Of a stretch of DNA of 36,908 nucleotides, positions 10,748-21,614 are shown piece after piece. The notes beneath the pieces are model-generated. The model ran no database searches. It saw nothing but the letters and a program-made list of their open reading frames with translations, and was not told the origin of the DNA. The number at the start of each line of letters is the position of its first letter. Position 1 is the first letter of the stretch. The position numbers were made by a program, and so were the translations under genes. Source of the DNA: Chiloscyllium plagiosum (Eukaryota); contig NC_057751.1 in NCBI RefSeq assembly GCF_004010195.1, positions 16,940,550 through 16,977,457 of the forward strand, in the 5' to 3' direction.

Positions 10748-11107
10748 TTAGAAAGTTGTAATCTCGCATCCCCTGCAGCAGTTTGATGACACGCTCGGTC
10801 TGGCAACCCCAGGGCGCATGTCCCATTCACTGCCGCTGCTGCTTTCGGACTCTGGTATCTGCCAGTCTCCACCTTTACCCATCAGCTTGTTGAGGATGGC
10901 CCAATCCTCAGCATTCGGTGCTCCTGTTGCTGCCCGCTGCTTTGGTCTACCGTAATCATGTTCGCCATAGAAGTCAATCGCACGGATGCCAGAGTCCAGC
11001 ACCTGCCCCGGCACCTTTGGGGGTCTTTTTGCCCCCCCATGGGTCGAGGCAGGTCCACCAGCTGATTGAGTGAGTAAACTGCCCCGTTCCCCAGTTCCTG
11101 GGGCCAT
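10748..11107 (-). CDS. Hypothetical 119-aa antisense ORF (unknown protein or decayed coding fragment)
   Basis: ATG with A at -3 and G at +4, GC-rich patch in AT-rich surroundings, coding-like codon usage; no homology recognised. Confidence 0.2.
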   Translation of the reverse strand: MAPGTGERGSLLTQSAGGPASTHGGAKRPPKVPGQVLDSGIRAIDFYGEHDYGRPKQRAATGAPNAEDWAILNKLMGKGGDWQIPESESSSGSEWDMRPGVARPSVSSNCCRGCEITTF

Positions 11108-14100
11108 TCTCGAATGGTGCAAGTGTGTGCTATTTCCCCCCGGGACAGCTCATTTTAAATCATTTAACCCGCTTGTATATGGCAAGAAGAATAAAAAAAC
11201 AAGTTAGCATATGGTAAATTGTTTAAAAAAAAAAGGGTTGAGCTTGCTCTCCAGGAGCACACGAGGCCACGTGTCCTCTGTTGGAGAGCAGCAACTCCAC
11301 ATAGTTAATGGTTGTGTCTTCATTTTGTAAGTGACACTGCTAGGAAGGGGGGCATGTTAGTCATGGAACCAGATGGGTAACGCTCATTACCCTGTTAGCA
11401 CGGCATGGCCAGAAACCATTCCTGCCTTTAAAATGCAGTCAGTCGGATTCAAGGCGCCAGGTCATCTTAACTGGCTGGTGACCCTCCCAGTTTTCTTGAG
11501 TCTTACCCAGCTGACTTGCGGTTCTAATGTTGTGCGCCTAGCTACCTCTCTGATTTCTGTTGTATTCCACTTGGAAAAAAAGAAATGTACAGTCGCATCT
11601 GCTTGTATTGTTTTTTTGCCATGTACATTAGGCTCCGACTGATACGCGGTTAAATTAGTGGCAAGATTTGTGAGAAGTTGCTTCGTGACAAAACAAATGA
11701 TGAATATTGACATAATATAGTTAAATATGTACTGTGAGTCTTTTTTTTATATATAATAGATTTTTAAAGAGATTTGAGTTTGTTACCCACTTCTGATCAT
11801 TGTGTGACGCTGTATCAATGGTCTGTGTGCTTAAAGGTCAAGGAAAAAGGTTGGGTCGGTTTTATTTGGTGAGGAAAGGTCAGGCAGCAAAGGTTGAAAG
11901 CCCTGCCTTTGTGATTTGGCTGGTATTGTCTGCCTTTCTGTAAAGAATTGATATTTCCATGGGTTGAAAACAGCTGGGGGGGCTTCATTTCCAGGCTGCT
12001 GATCTTGATAGTCTGTCAGCAAACAAGATTCTGGATTTCTACATCTTGCCTGCTGCTCACTCGTACTCTCAGATAGGGCATCCTTGTCGATGTGCCACAA
12101 GTATCCCCTGTACTCACTCTCAGGCCCTCTGCCAGCCGGTCTCTCGGTCGGAGAGGGGGCTTCTGTGCGAGGTTAAAGTGATTCTCGACTCTCAGGAGCT
12201 TAGCCTAGCTCTGGTACCTTATCCAGGAGAGGTTCAAGGCTTCCTGTTTATATTGGTCAGGCGGTTTCACATATTCCAGCACAGGTTTGAATCCGAGGTG
12301 TGGGTTCTCCAGGTGATTTGGAACTGCACTGGATGCCCGAGTCTTGAGTGGGAGGGGGATGGCAGCCTCAACGGGAAATGAAAGTCTGGTAGCTGAGGAC
12401 AAACCCAAGCTTCCAAACAACATGCCTGAGGGTTTGGCCCAAGTTTCAGACTGATTGTCTGTGTGTTATGGTAGCCCAAGACTGTGCGATCCAAAACCAC
12501 TCAACTTGCTTCATCGTTTCAAGTGATGAAGATCTTTCCAAACATAGAGCAGACTTCTTCACCTCAGAGGTCTCGGTGTGTTTTTTTGAACCATGATAAT
12601 TGTTGGAGCACCAGGTTGTATTCGGCCTTGGTCAGTCAGATATCTTAACATTTGCAATTTGCTCAGTTTGAGTTTGACCATTCTTCTGATTGCACAATTT
12701 CTTTTTTTTTTTGCTGTTTTAGTTTTATTTTGGAAGAATTTAAACCCGAAAGAAACAAAAGCTTTTTTACTTGACCTTTAAAATGGGCATTTATCAGAAA
12801 AAGAAACACTAACTCTTGTGTGCAAACTATTTCAAGACAACTTGACTAAACTGCCTTTTGAATTCTAATCAACCCCATGTTCTGTTCACTTAGAAAGTTT
12901 GAAGTGCCTATTGTGCCGAATGGGAAATTAGGCTTGTCAAACAGAAAAGCCTGGATGTGTAGAGGAGAGTAATATGGCATCCATCTTTTGCATTAATCGC
13001 TTAATCCTTGCACCCACTTCAGCTCAATGTGAAGAGATTGCTGCGTTGGTATAAGTATTTCTGGATTTGCTGTTGATAAGTGTGCTAACTTACTCCTAGT
13101 TATGACAGAAAGCATGAGCAGAAACCTGGTACAACACAGCCATGGGGAAGGGGGTTGGGGGGGGAAACAAGAGGGCTTATGGTATTACCGTTTGCCTCTT
13201 CCTTCCATGAATTTGGCACAAAAAAAGCCCCAAAACGTCACTCACTGTCCTAACAAAATGGGAAGCTGGCGTCCTGTTGTGCGCAAAAGGGGGTCTCTGA
13301 GCTCTGACCACGGAATCCGAACCCTTTCACCCGAGCGAATGTCTAATCCCTCCCTCCTCCTTCCCTCATTGACACGATTAACAGGCTCCTCCTGACCTCG
13401 CAGGTAGTTTTCATTTCAAACACTAACGGGACCCACCCAGCCTCCGGCGGGTGAGTTGGAAAGCAGCGAAATCTCTTGACTTGCATTGAGCGCCTTGCAC
13501 TTTATTACAGCTCGTTGAGTGTTGCGTCCCTCCCCACCCGCCCCCCCACCCAGCAGTGGGTCGCCCACCGTGCCGGCGTTGGCCAGCTCGCTTAGCCCCC
13601 AGCCAGAAGAGCACAAACCCCGTGAAGGGCCGCTTTGGATGGTGAAATAGCCTTCCCCTTTCCCACCCAACAACCCCCCCCCTCCTTCCTCCTGAAAGCG
13701 GCAGGTGGGCTAACTCGGGGGCCCAAGTGAAGCGAGCAAGTGGGAGAAAGGAAACATAAACAACACAAGTCCTGACGTACGAGTCTGTCTTTCCAGACAA
13801 ATGTTTATTTTTTTACATGGAGCATTGTTGAATTTGTGCAAAAAAAAAAGATATATTATATTCCGTTTTAAAAATGAATCATATAAACCCACTCCACTGC
13901 ATTTTGAGACGTTGAGGGGTGGGCTCGGGAGGGGGGAGGGGGATGTTTGCCGGCGTGCAAGCCTTGCAGGGGCCACCCTCCGGTCCGGAAAGTCGAGCCC
14001 AGTGCAGCATCCATGACTCCCTCCCTTCCTCGCCCCCCTGCCGCACTGCACAGGCGTCAGGTAGACCAGGGCATTGAGCAAAGGGCTGCCCCATACTCAA

Positions 14101-14679
14101 GAGTGGGCGGTAAGGCGCACCTCCTGTTAGGGGTTGGCCTTTTGTGGGAACGAAAATGCTCTTGTTTAACAAGTGCCGCTTATTTAAACAAAACCCACGT
14201 GGTTTCTCGAAAACAAAATTGAGTCCCATTTTTCATCCTCCCTCCCAAGCGGGAGTTAAATCAGTGAGATCCCATGAGCGCTTTAGATGACTACTTTTTT
14301 GACTTAACTCTGATGCTGATATCAGGGTCTTCACTTTTGGTGTTATTTTGTTACAGTTGGGTTTGAAGTAGAGAGAGAGAGAGTGAGTGAGTGCTACCAA
14401 ATTAAGCCTGTGACTTTCCAAGAAACACAACTTTTCCTGCTGTGGTTTTAATGTGTTGCCTCATTAAAAAAAAACTAAAAATCCTAAATTGAGCAGTGAC
14501 TTGCTGTTTGTAAAGTGTATCTGAAACGTAATGTGCATGACGTTGCATGGGGGGTGCACAGATATTAATTCTGGGCTTGCACGCTGGTGTAAGTGAGTGC
14601 TGCCTGTTGAACAGTGTGCAGTATTTATTCTAACTCCAGTTTTTTTTTTGTTAACAATGATCCACCTTTATTTGTTACT

Positions 14680-14685
14680 AATAAA
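14680..14685 (+). terminator. Candidate distal polyadenylation signal AATAAA
   Basis: CTAATAAAACC preceded by T-rich sequence and followed by GT-rich sequence; transposon relics begin about 200 bp later. Confidence 0.5.
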
Positions 14686-14898
14686 ACCGGCATTGCAAAG
14701 GAAATGTTTCATGTTAAAGTCAGCGTTTCGCGACCGCCACTTCCCCCTGGGCTTGGGCTGGCCTTCACAATTGTCAGGGGTCGGCCCATTCGCCAGCGGG
14801 TACCACACGCACCCCCCTCTCAACTCGATCCCTCGCCAACAGTTGGAAAAGCACAACAGGTCAGGCAGGAATCGTTGCTTTTGCCCCCCCCCCCAAAA

Positions 14899-15000
14899 AA
14901 ACGTCGATTTGTTTGGTTGTTTCCCCCCCTTTCCCCTGCTGCTGGGATGTTTGCCTGACCTGCTGTGCTTTCCCAGCACCACACTCAATCTTCAGCATCT
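14899..15000 (+). mobile_element. Degenerate PLE terminal (pLTR) relic of the same family as 31547-31641
   Basis: AAACGTCGATTT...GGATGTTTGCCTGACCTGCTGTGCTTTCCCAGCACCAC. Confidence 0.6.
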
Positions 15001-15598
15001 ACAGTGGCCCCCAAAACCCTTGGGGCAACATAGAGCCTCACAGTGTTAAGGGACCCAGGTTCGAGCGTTCCTGCTTCCCCCAGTACCCCTTTGAAGTCTG
15101 AGGGCACGCCCGTTCTTGCTCAGAATGAAGGGGGCTGGGGCGTTGATCCTTGCTGCATCGAGGAAGGAGTCTGACAGGGGTCCTCTTCTTCCCAAGCAGT
15201 ATTTATACACACACACACTCCAGCTTCTCCCCTCCATGGGTTCGGCCTGTCCAAATGTTCTGGCTGTGTGAGTGAAATCGTTTGGTCAGCTCATGGTGGC
15301 TGTGGAGTGCAGCATTGAGAGGAGACACTGTGGTGGTTCCTAACCCCACTGAGACCCTCGCACCCCCGGACTCCTGCAGCAGGTCTGCTTGCAGCGCCAG
15401 CTTGACAGGGAGGGACACTCTCTTGATCGCGAAAGACCCGGGGGGCACCGGTTCACGTCTCATCTATTCTCAAAGGTTCCTGTTTATTTCAGCGAATGGT
15501 CCCTTCAGCTGGTGGCAAAACCTAGAGCTTTTGTGTGGGGTTGCTGTCCCAGAAGCTGCCTGCCAACATTCGGGTCTCACTGCTGCCAGTGCAAATGG

Positions 15599-15696
15599 AG
15601 TTAAAAATCACACAACACCAATTGTGCTTCCAATTAACCTGGTGTTGTGTGATTTTTAACTTTGTCCACCCCCAGTCCCACACCGGCATCTCCAAA
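15599..15696. mobile_element. Inverted-repeat relic of a PLE terminus (22-bp perfect arms)
   Basis: AGTTAAAAATCACACAACACCA (15599-15620) and its exact reverse complement (15640-15661); shares GTGCTTCCAA and TAACCTGGTGT with the minus strand of 29724-29790. Confidence 0.55.
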
Positions 15697-16147
15697 CGGT
15701 GAAAATGGAAGCTGCTTGGTTTTTTTTTGTTTTAACTTGGGCAAGGTATGGAAAGACACTCAGTGCACCTCTGTGAGAGAAGACACTCGTCTGCTTCAAT
15801 CCGAGCCTCAATCACAGGCTGTGCCTCCTTTCCCTATTGGGGTCCCGAAAAAGGTGCTTTTGTGTGTGTGTGTGTTGGGGTGGGGGGAGATTGACTGGAA
15901 GTGAAAACGGTGGAGAGTGGGAGCCAGGGGGCCAGAGTCTGCCAAAACCAGTTTCCAGTGAGTTTGAGGGTCAGCCATTCCCACTGCCTGGTTAAAGCAG
16001 ACCTCACTCAGAGCAGTGCCTCGCTCCTGGGCGCTGCGGGGGCCGCATTTGGGAGTCAAGAGTGAAGGGAGGGTTTGTGGGGAGCAGTGCAAAATGTCCT
16101 CAACAGCTCTTGCCTTCGGCAGATTGAAGTTCTCGGTTCAGAGGGAT

Positions 16148-16412
16148 CTCTCTCCTTCTCCACTCTGATGCAAACAGCGCTCTCTCTCTCTCTCTCTCTC
16201 TCTCTGAGCCCAGCCATTCCTGAGCAGCTGAAGGAGCAGCGCTGTGCTTTCTATATTTAGCACTGTTGCTATGTTACAAAACGTGCTCTCTCCTTCTCCA
16301 CTCTGATGCAAACAGCGCTCTCTCTCTCGCTGAGCCCAGCCATTCCTGAGCAGCTGAAGGAGCAGCGCTGTGCTTTCTATATTTAGCACTGTTGCTATGT
16401 TACAAAACGTGC
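16148..16412. repeat. Tandem duplication of about 126-138 bp; each copy has CATTCCT, CAGCTG and CTATATTTAG
   Basis: Two near-identical copies differing mainly in (CT)n length. Confidence 0.85.
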
Positions 16413-16730
16413 CGGAGCTCCCGGCGAGTACAGCAGCAGGAACAGCAGCAGCACCGACCTCAGCGGGTCTGCTGAGGATTCCAACTCGTTTGCCCGGCTG
16501 AAAGGAAATCCCAGATGTTAGCACGGCCAAATAAAGCCAGTCTGTTTGATTCCATCTCAGCCAAAGCGCTGAGGTCATTATTAAATATGACCATTAAACA
16601 CATCCCCTCCATTTCCACTGGAAATAACCACTTCCTGCCCGGGGGACTGGCAGGGACACTATCATTCCCCTCAGTTATCATGTATGACACGTTACTGCAC
16701 GGCGAAGTCCCCAAAAGTTGGACCTTTCCT

Positions 16731-17447
16731 GAGTGGATCAGAATGCCTGCAGTATGGAAACAGGCCCTTCGGCCCAACAAGTCCACACCGACCCTCCGAA
16801 GAGTGACTCACCCCAGACCCATTCCCCATATTTATCCCTGACTAATGCACCTCACACTATGGGGCAGCCAATCCACCCTAACCTGCACATCCCTGAGCAC
16901 TATGGGGAGTGGATCAGAATGCCTGCAGTATGGAAACAGGCCCTTCGGCCCAACAAGTCCACACCGACCCTCCGAAGAGTGACTCACCCCAGACCATTCC
17001 CCATATTTATCCCTGACTAATGCACCTCACACTATGGGGTAGCCAATCCACCCTAACCTGCACATCCCTGAGCACTATGGGGAATTTAGCACGGCCAATC
17101 CACCCTAACCTGCACATCCCTGAGCACTATGGGGAATTTAGCACGGCCAATCCACCCTAACCTGCACATCCCTGAACACTATGGGTAATTTAGCATGACC
17201 AATCCACCCTAACCTACCTAACCTGCACATCCCTGGGCACTATGGGTAATTTAGCATAGCCAATTCACCCTAACCTGCACATCCCTGAGCAATATGGGTA
17301 ATTTAGCATGGTCAATCCACCCTAACATGCACATCCCTGAGCACTATGGGTAATTTAGCATGGTCAATTCACCCTAACCTGCACATCCCTGAGCACTATG
17401 GGTAATTTAGCATGGTCAATTCACCCTAACCTGCACATCCCTGAGCA
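16731..17447 (-). mobile_element. V-SINE 3' tail duplicated in tandem (176-bp period), followed by a 52-bp satellite that runs into the gap
   Basis: GAGTGGATCAGAATGCCTGCAGTATGGAAACAGGCCC at 16731 and 16907; 52-bp units continue to 17447. Confidence 0.85.
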
Positions 17448-17662
17448 NNNNNNNNNNNNNNNNNNNNNNNNNNNNNNNNNNNNNNNNNNNNNNNNNNNNN
17501 NNNNNNNNNNNNNNNNNNNNNNNNNNNNNNNNNNNNNNNNNNNNNNNNNNNNNNNNNNNNNNNNNNNNNNNNNNNNNNNNNNNNNNNNNNNNNNNNNNNN
17601 NNNNNNNNNNNNNNNNNNNNNNNNNNNNNNNNNNNNNNNNNNNNNNNNNNNNNNNNNNNNNN

Positions 17663-18292
17663 TGAAAAAGTTGCCCCTTAGGTCCCTTTTATATCTTTCC
17701 CCTCTCACCCTAAACCTATGCCCCTCTAGTTCTGGACTCTCCCACCCCAGGGGAAAAGACTTTGTCTATTTATCCTATCCATGCCCCTCATAATTTTGTA
17801 AACCTCTATAAGGTCACCCCTCAGCCCCCGATGCTCCAGGGAAAACAGCCCTCGTCTATTCAATCTGTCCCTAAGGATCAAACCCTCCAACCCTGGTAAC
17901 ATCCTTGTAAATCTTTTCTGAATCCTTTCAAGTTTAACAACATCCTTCCGATAGGAAGGAGACCAGAATTGCACGCAATATTCCAACAGTGGCCTAACCA
18001 ATGTCCTGTACAGCTGCAACATGACCTCCCAACTCCTGTACTCAATACTCTGACCAATAAAGGAAAGCATACCAAAAGCCTTTGAAGGGCTTTTGCCCGA
18101 AACGTCGATTTCGCTGCTCCTGGGATGCTGCCTGAACTGCTGTGCTCTTCCAGCACCACTAATCCAGAGCCTTCTTCACCACCCTATCTACCCGCGACTC
18201 CACTTTCAAGGAGCTGTGAACCTGCACTCCAAGGTCTCTTTGTTCAGCAACACTCCCTAGGACCTTACCATTAAGTGTATAAGTCCTGCTAA
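17663..18292 (-). mobile_element. CR1/HER1-type LINE, 3' ORF2 fragment, interrupted at 18083-18167
   Basis: Translation LYRTLVRPLLEYCVQFWSP...LERIQKRFTRMLPGL...LRGDLIEVYKIM is typical of the CR1 RT C-terminal region. Confidence 0.9.
18083..18167 (+). mobile_element. 85-bp PLE pLTR mini-insert with a truncated hammerhead core and a 6-bp TSD
   Basis: TGAAGGGCTTTTGCCCGAAACGTCGA... flanked by AGCCTT at 18077-18082 and 18168-18173; the CR1 sequence resumes on both sides. Confidence 0.75.
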
Positions 18293-18293
18293 G

Positions 18294-18420
18294 AGGTCAG
18301 GCAGCATCTCAGGAGCAGGAGAGGCGAAGATTTGTAATGGGGATGGTGGATGATTCCTGGGAAACGTCGCCCCTCCTGCTGCTAGGATGCTGCCTGACCT
18401 CCGCTGTGCTTTTCCAGCAA
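18294..18420. mobile_element. Inverted pair of PLE pLTR fragments
   Basis: AGGTCAGGCAGCATC..AGCAGGAG..GCGA (from 18294) is an imperfect reverse complement of TCGC..CTCCTGCT..GATGCTGCCTGACCT (about 18366-18400). Confidence 0.6.
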
Positions 18421-19238
18421 CACCCCCCCCCCACCTAATAATCCTCCCAGCCCAAAGCGAATGGGTCGCCCCCATCTCCCCTCCCGGCTCAACGAGTGGA
18501 GGTGATGTGTGTGGGAGTGTAGCTGCTTCATAGGCTTAGACGACCAAGAGGGGGGAATGATCAGATCCTCACCCTTCACGGTGAGTTGGGGTGGGGGGGA
18601 GCAAACCGAACCCATCTCCTTTTCAAAAGGGCCCCTTGGGATCCAGTGTCTTTCCTGAGAGAGGTGTCAGCCAAGGGTTTGGATGCAGGTAATGGGCCTG
18701 GGCCTGTGACTATGAGGTAAAAACTGCTCCCTGTTGATTCACCCGCCCTCCAATTCCCAAAGAAGAAATGTCAGGTTAGCTCACCCCTGTATTGTCCAAC
18801 TGCGTGCCATCTGTGTCCTTCAGCTGAGTGCTTCTTTTTCTTAAAAAAAAAAGTCACAATTGATTTCAAGGGGATGGATTTATTCGATTAAGTGATTTTC
18901 AATTTCACCAGTTGGGTTTCTGGTGCCTTCACAGTCCAATGACAAGGGCAGATCCGGCCTTTTAACGTTTGGCAGTGGTCCAGCGCAATGGGATGTTGCA
19001 ATTGTTTCCCAGAGTCGCAGTCGGGAAACTGCAGGACAGGAGGCACTGAAGCTTGACAGAACCATTTCTCCCTCCACCTTTCCAAAGTGGCGTCCCTGGG
19101 ACACAGAGGGTTGCCACGCCAGAGCAATACCCACGGTCGCACAGTTGACAGTTCCCAAGGGGAGGTGATGGCCGCTGGCAGGATTATCCCTCACTGTCAA
19201 CCCAGCTGATGTTCTGGGGACAAGGTGAGAGTGGGGCT

Positions 19239-19500
19239 GGATCCCAGGAGCAGGAAAAGAAATCGATGTTTCCGGCAAAGGTCCTTCATCAGGAATGAGG
19301 CTGGGAGCCTAGGGAGTGGAGCGATAAATGGGAGGGGGTTGGGTGGGAGGGGGGTAAGGTAGCTGGGAATGCGATAGGTAGATCTCCCCCAAACATCTAT
19401 CCACTCCACCCTCCTGTCTCCCTGCATGTCCTTGGCAGAGCAGGAGGGGGAGTTGAAATGTTCGGCCACGGGGCGGTATGGTGCGTGTGTCCCAGAGATG
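19239..19500 (-). mobile_element. PLE (Neptune-like) 3' fragment with a mutated hammerhead
   Basis: Minus-strand peptide RPVAEHFNSPSCSAKDM resembles the PLE endonuclease C-terminus; CTGATGAAGGACCTTTGCCGGAAACATCGA lies downstream. Confidence 0.65.
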
Positions 19501-20332
19501 GGACCTGAGCTCAAATCCTGCCTTGACAGCGTTGGAATTCAATTTTGTTTTTATTCAAAAAGAATCTAATGATTGTCGGGGGGTGGGGGGGGGGGGGGGA
19601 GGAGGGAGAGAAACCCCATCTGGTTCACTAATGTGAATCGCGTACCCAGGACCAAGATGCAGAGATATTCCTTCGCTCAAATGGGCCGTGAATCCTTGGA
19701 GTTGTATTCCCCAGAGGGTCTCGGGATGCTCTCTCATTAAATGTGACGGTTCCCCATTAGCTCAACGGGGCCCAGTGTCAACTCTTATGGATAGCTGGCA
19801 CCTCACAGTAACCCATGCGGCTGGTAGTTAGCACAGTATGTGACAGCACCTCCGTCTGGAACAGGTTTTGTATTTCTCCTCAGGCGCCTGAGAGCAAGTG
19901 TCATTGATAAATGTCCTTTCAGACATTCAGCAGCGAATAATTCAGATCTGCCTCACAGATGACCTGACCGACCCTGGTATTTGGATGAGTGAAGGAATGG
20001 GACTCCTTCCTCTCAATTGAAGCTTTGAAGACTTTACATTTCAAGTAATTTTTAAACAAGAAGAAATTCCTAATGACAGCAGCCACTCAGTAAGGTCCGT
20101 GGACCACTCAGTAAGGTCAGTAGAGCACACAGCAATGAGATGACACTTTAAAATTTAGTTTTAATGTCACGTGCACCTACGTTCAGTGAAAAGTTTATAA
20201 CGTTGTGACACACAGCACAATCTTAGGTAAAAAATACCTGGTTACAAATCTTCAGTACTAAAATAAATTAGATACAAAAGTAGGGAAGTAAAAAACGCTG
20301 AAGGTTCTATATTATATTGAGAAGCGAGCTGG

Positions 20333-20618
20333 ATTAGATTCCCTACAGTGTGGAAACAGGCCCTATGGCCCAACCAGTCCACACCGACCCCCTGAAGAGT
20401 AACCCACCCAGACCCATTTCCCTCTGACTAATATACCTAATACTACAGGCAATCTAGCCTAGATTAATTAACCTGAGCTGCCCATCTTTGGGCTGTGGGA
20501 GGAAACCGGAGCAAACCCACGCAGAACACTGTGCAGACTCCACGCAGCCAGTCAGCCGAGGCTGGAATCGAACCTGGGCGCTGTGAGGCAGCAGTGCTAA
20601 CCACTGAGCCACCCTGCT
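20333..20618 (-). mobile_element. HE1/V-SINE-like SINE, near full length
   Basis: tRNA-like head GGTGGCTCAGTGGTTAGCACTGCTGCCTCACAG with B box GGTTCGATTCC on the minus strand; shared 3' tail. Confidence 0.85.
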
Positions 20619-20619
20619 G

Positions 20620-20970
20620 TTTATGGATGTTTATTGACTAATAGAGGGTACAGGTAGAGTTAACGGGAAGTGTCCTTTCCCGAGGGTAGGGGATTTCAAG
20701 ACTAGGGGACACGTTTTTTTTCAAGATGAGAGGAGAGAGGTTTAAAACGAGATGAGGGGCAAATTGTTTACCCAGACGGCGACTTGTGTGTAGAATGAAC
20801 TTCCTGAGGACCTGGTGGGATGCAGGTACAGTTTAAAAGACACTGAGATAAGCACGTGAATAGGAAAGGTTGGGAGGGATATTGGCCAGGAGCAGGCAGG
20901 TGGGACGAGTTTAGTTTGGGGTTGTGGTCGGCAAGGACTGGTTGGACCTAAGGACTCTGCTTCTGTGCGA
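20620..20970 (+). mobile_element. Older CR1 LINE 3' end
   Basis: Diverged match to the other CR1 3' ends in the window. Confidence 0.7.
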
Positions 20971-21614
20971 GAGTTGAATATAATTAAAGTTAAAAAGATA
21001 AACATTGCCATCCATCTGTAGCCTGCACACTCTCCAGCTTGGGGGCTTTCCATATGTGGTCTTGCTTTCAAATCAGACAGACGTATGTCCTTGTCTTATC
21101 TGCTGTTACGGACTGCTCACACTTTCAGCAAAACTTGGAACACCCTACAATAATCTGACAGCACTGTTTAATGCTGTTTTGACCAGAAACCTTTCATTAT
21201 TTTGATATAAATTGGACAGACGTTGAACTTAACTTCTCAAGATATACGCTATCAAGTTAGTTCCAGTTTCTATCCTCCCTACCGTAAGCAAAATCTTTTC
21301 ATTCACTTTTCCCGGGACTACATCAAATTCTCTGGAATTTCTTCTGGTTTCTCATCAGTTATTGACCAAGCTGGCATATTGCAATGGTTTCAAACTGCAG
21401 CCATAGTTCCAGCACCACATGGGTTTTATTGCCTTTAATTGAAAGGATTAATGCAGATTTCTTCCGAGAGTTTCCAGTTGAACTAACCTTCCAGTTGCTT
21501 TATCCGTGACTGATCTTGTCTTACACTCATCGTATCCCATCAGGAATAATTGACTTAGTGTTTACTCCCAGCCATATCTCCCAATTTCCAGCCAGCTAAA
21601 ATCTTTAGAAGATC

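Larger units (their letters stand above)
3855..14705 (+). other. Putative very long 3' UTR of the PUR gene
   Basis: Unique AT/U-rich sequence with no recognisable SINE/LINE from about 5650 to 14890; AATAAA at 14680-14685 followed by GT-rich bases; more proximal AATAAA at about 5944, 6019, 9232, 9487 and 11190. Confidence 0.5.

Noticed and set aside
12690..12780. U-rich/A-rich tracts suggestive of a MALAT1/NEAT1 triple helix
   Set aside because: No paired U-rich motifs flanking a stem, and no tRNA-like element following
19866..19980. Splice-acceptor-like TTTCTCCTCAG with nearby TGACAG and TGATAAAT (Meis/Pbx-Hox-like words)
   Set aside because: All three frames stop quickly; short motifs are uninformative without conservation data
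21360..21420. Peptide FQTAAIVPAP resembling a Rex1/L2 RT motif
   Set aside because: Too short and degenerate to call
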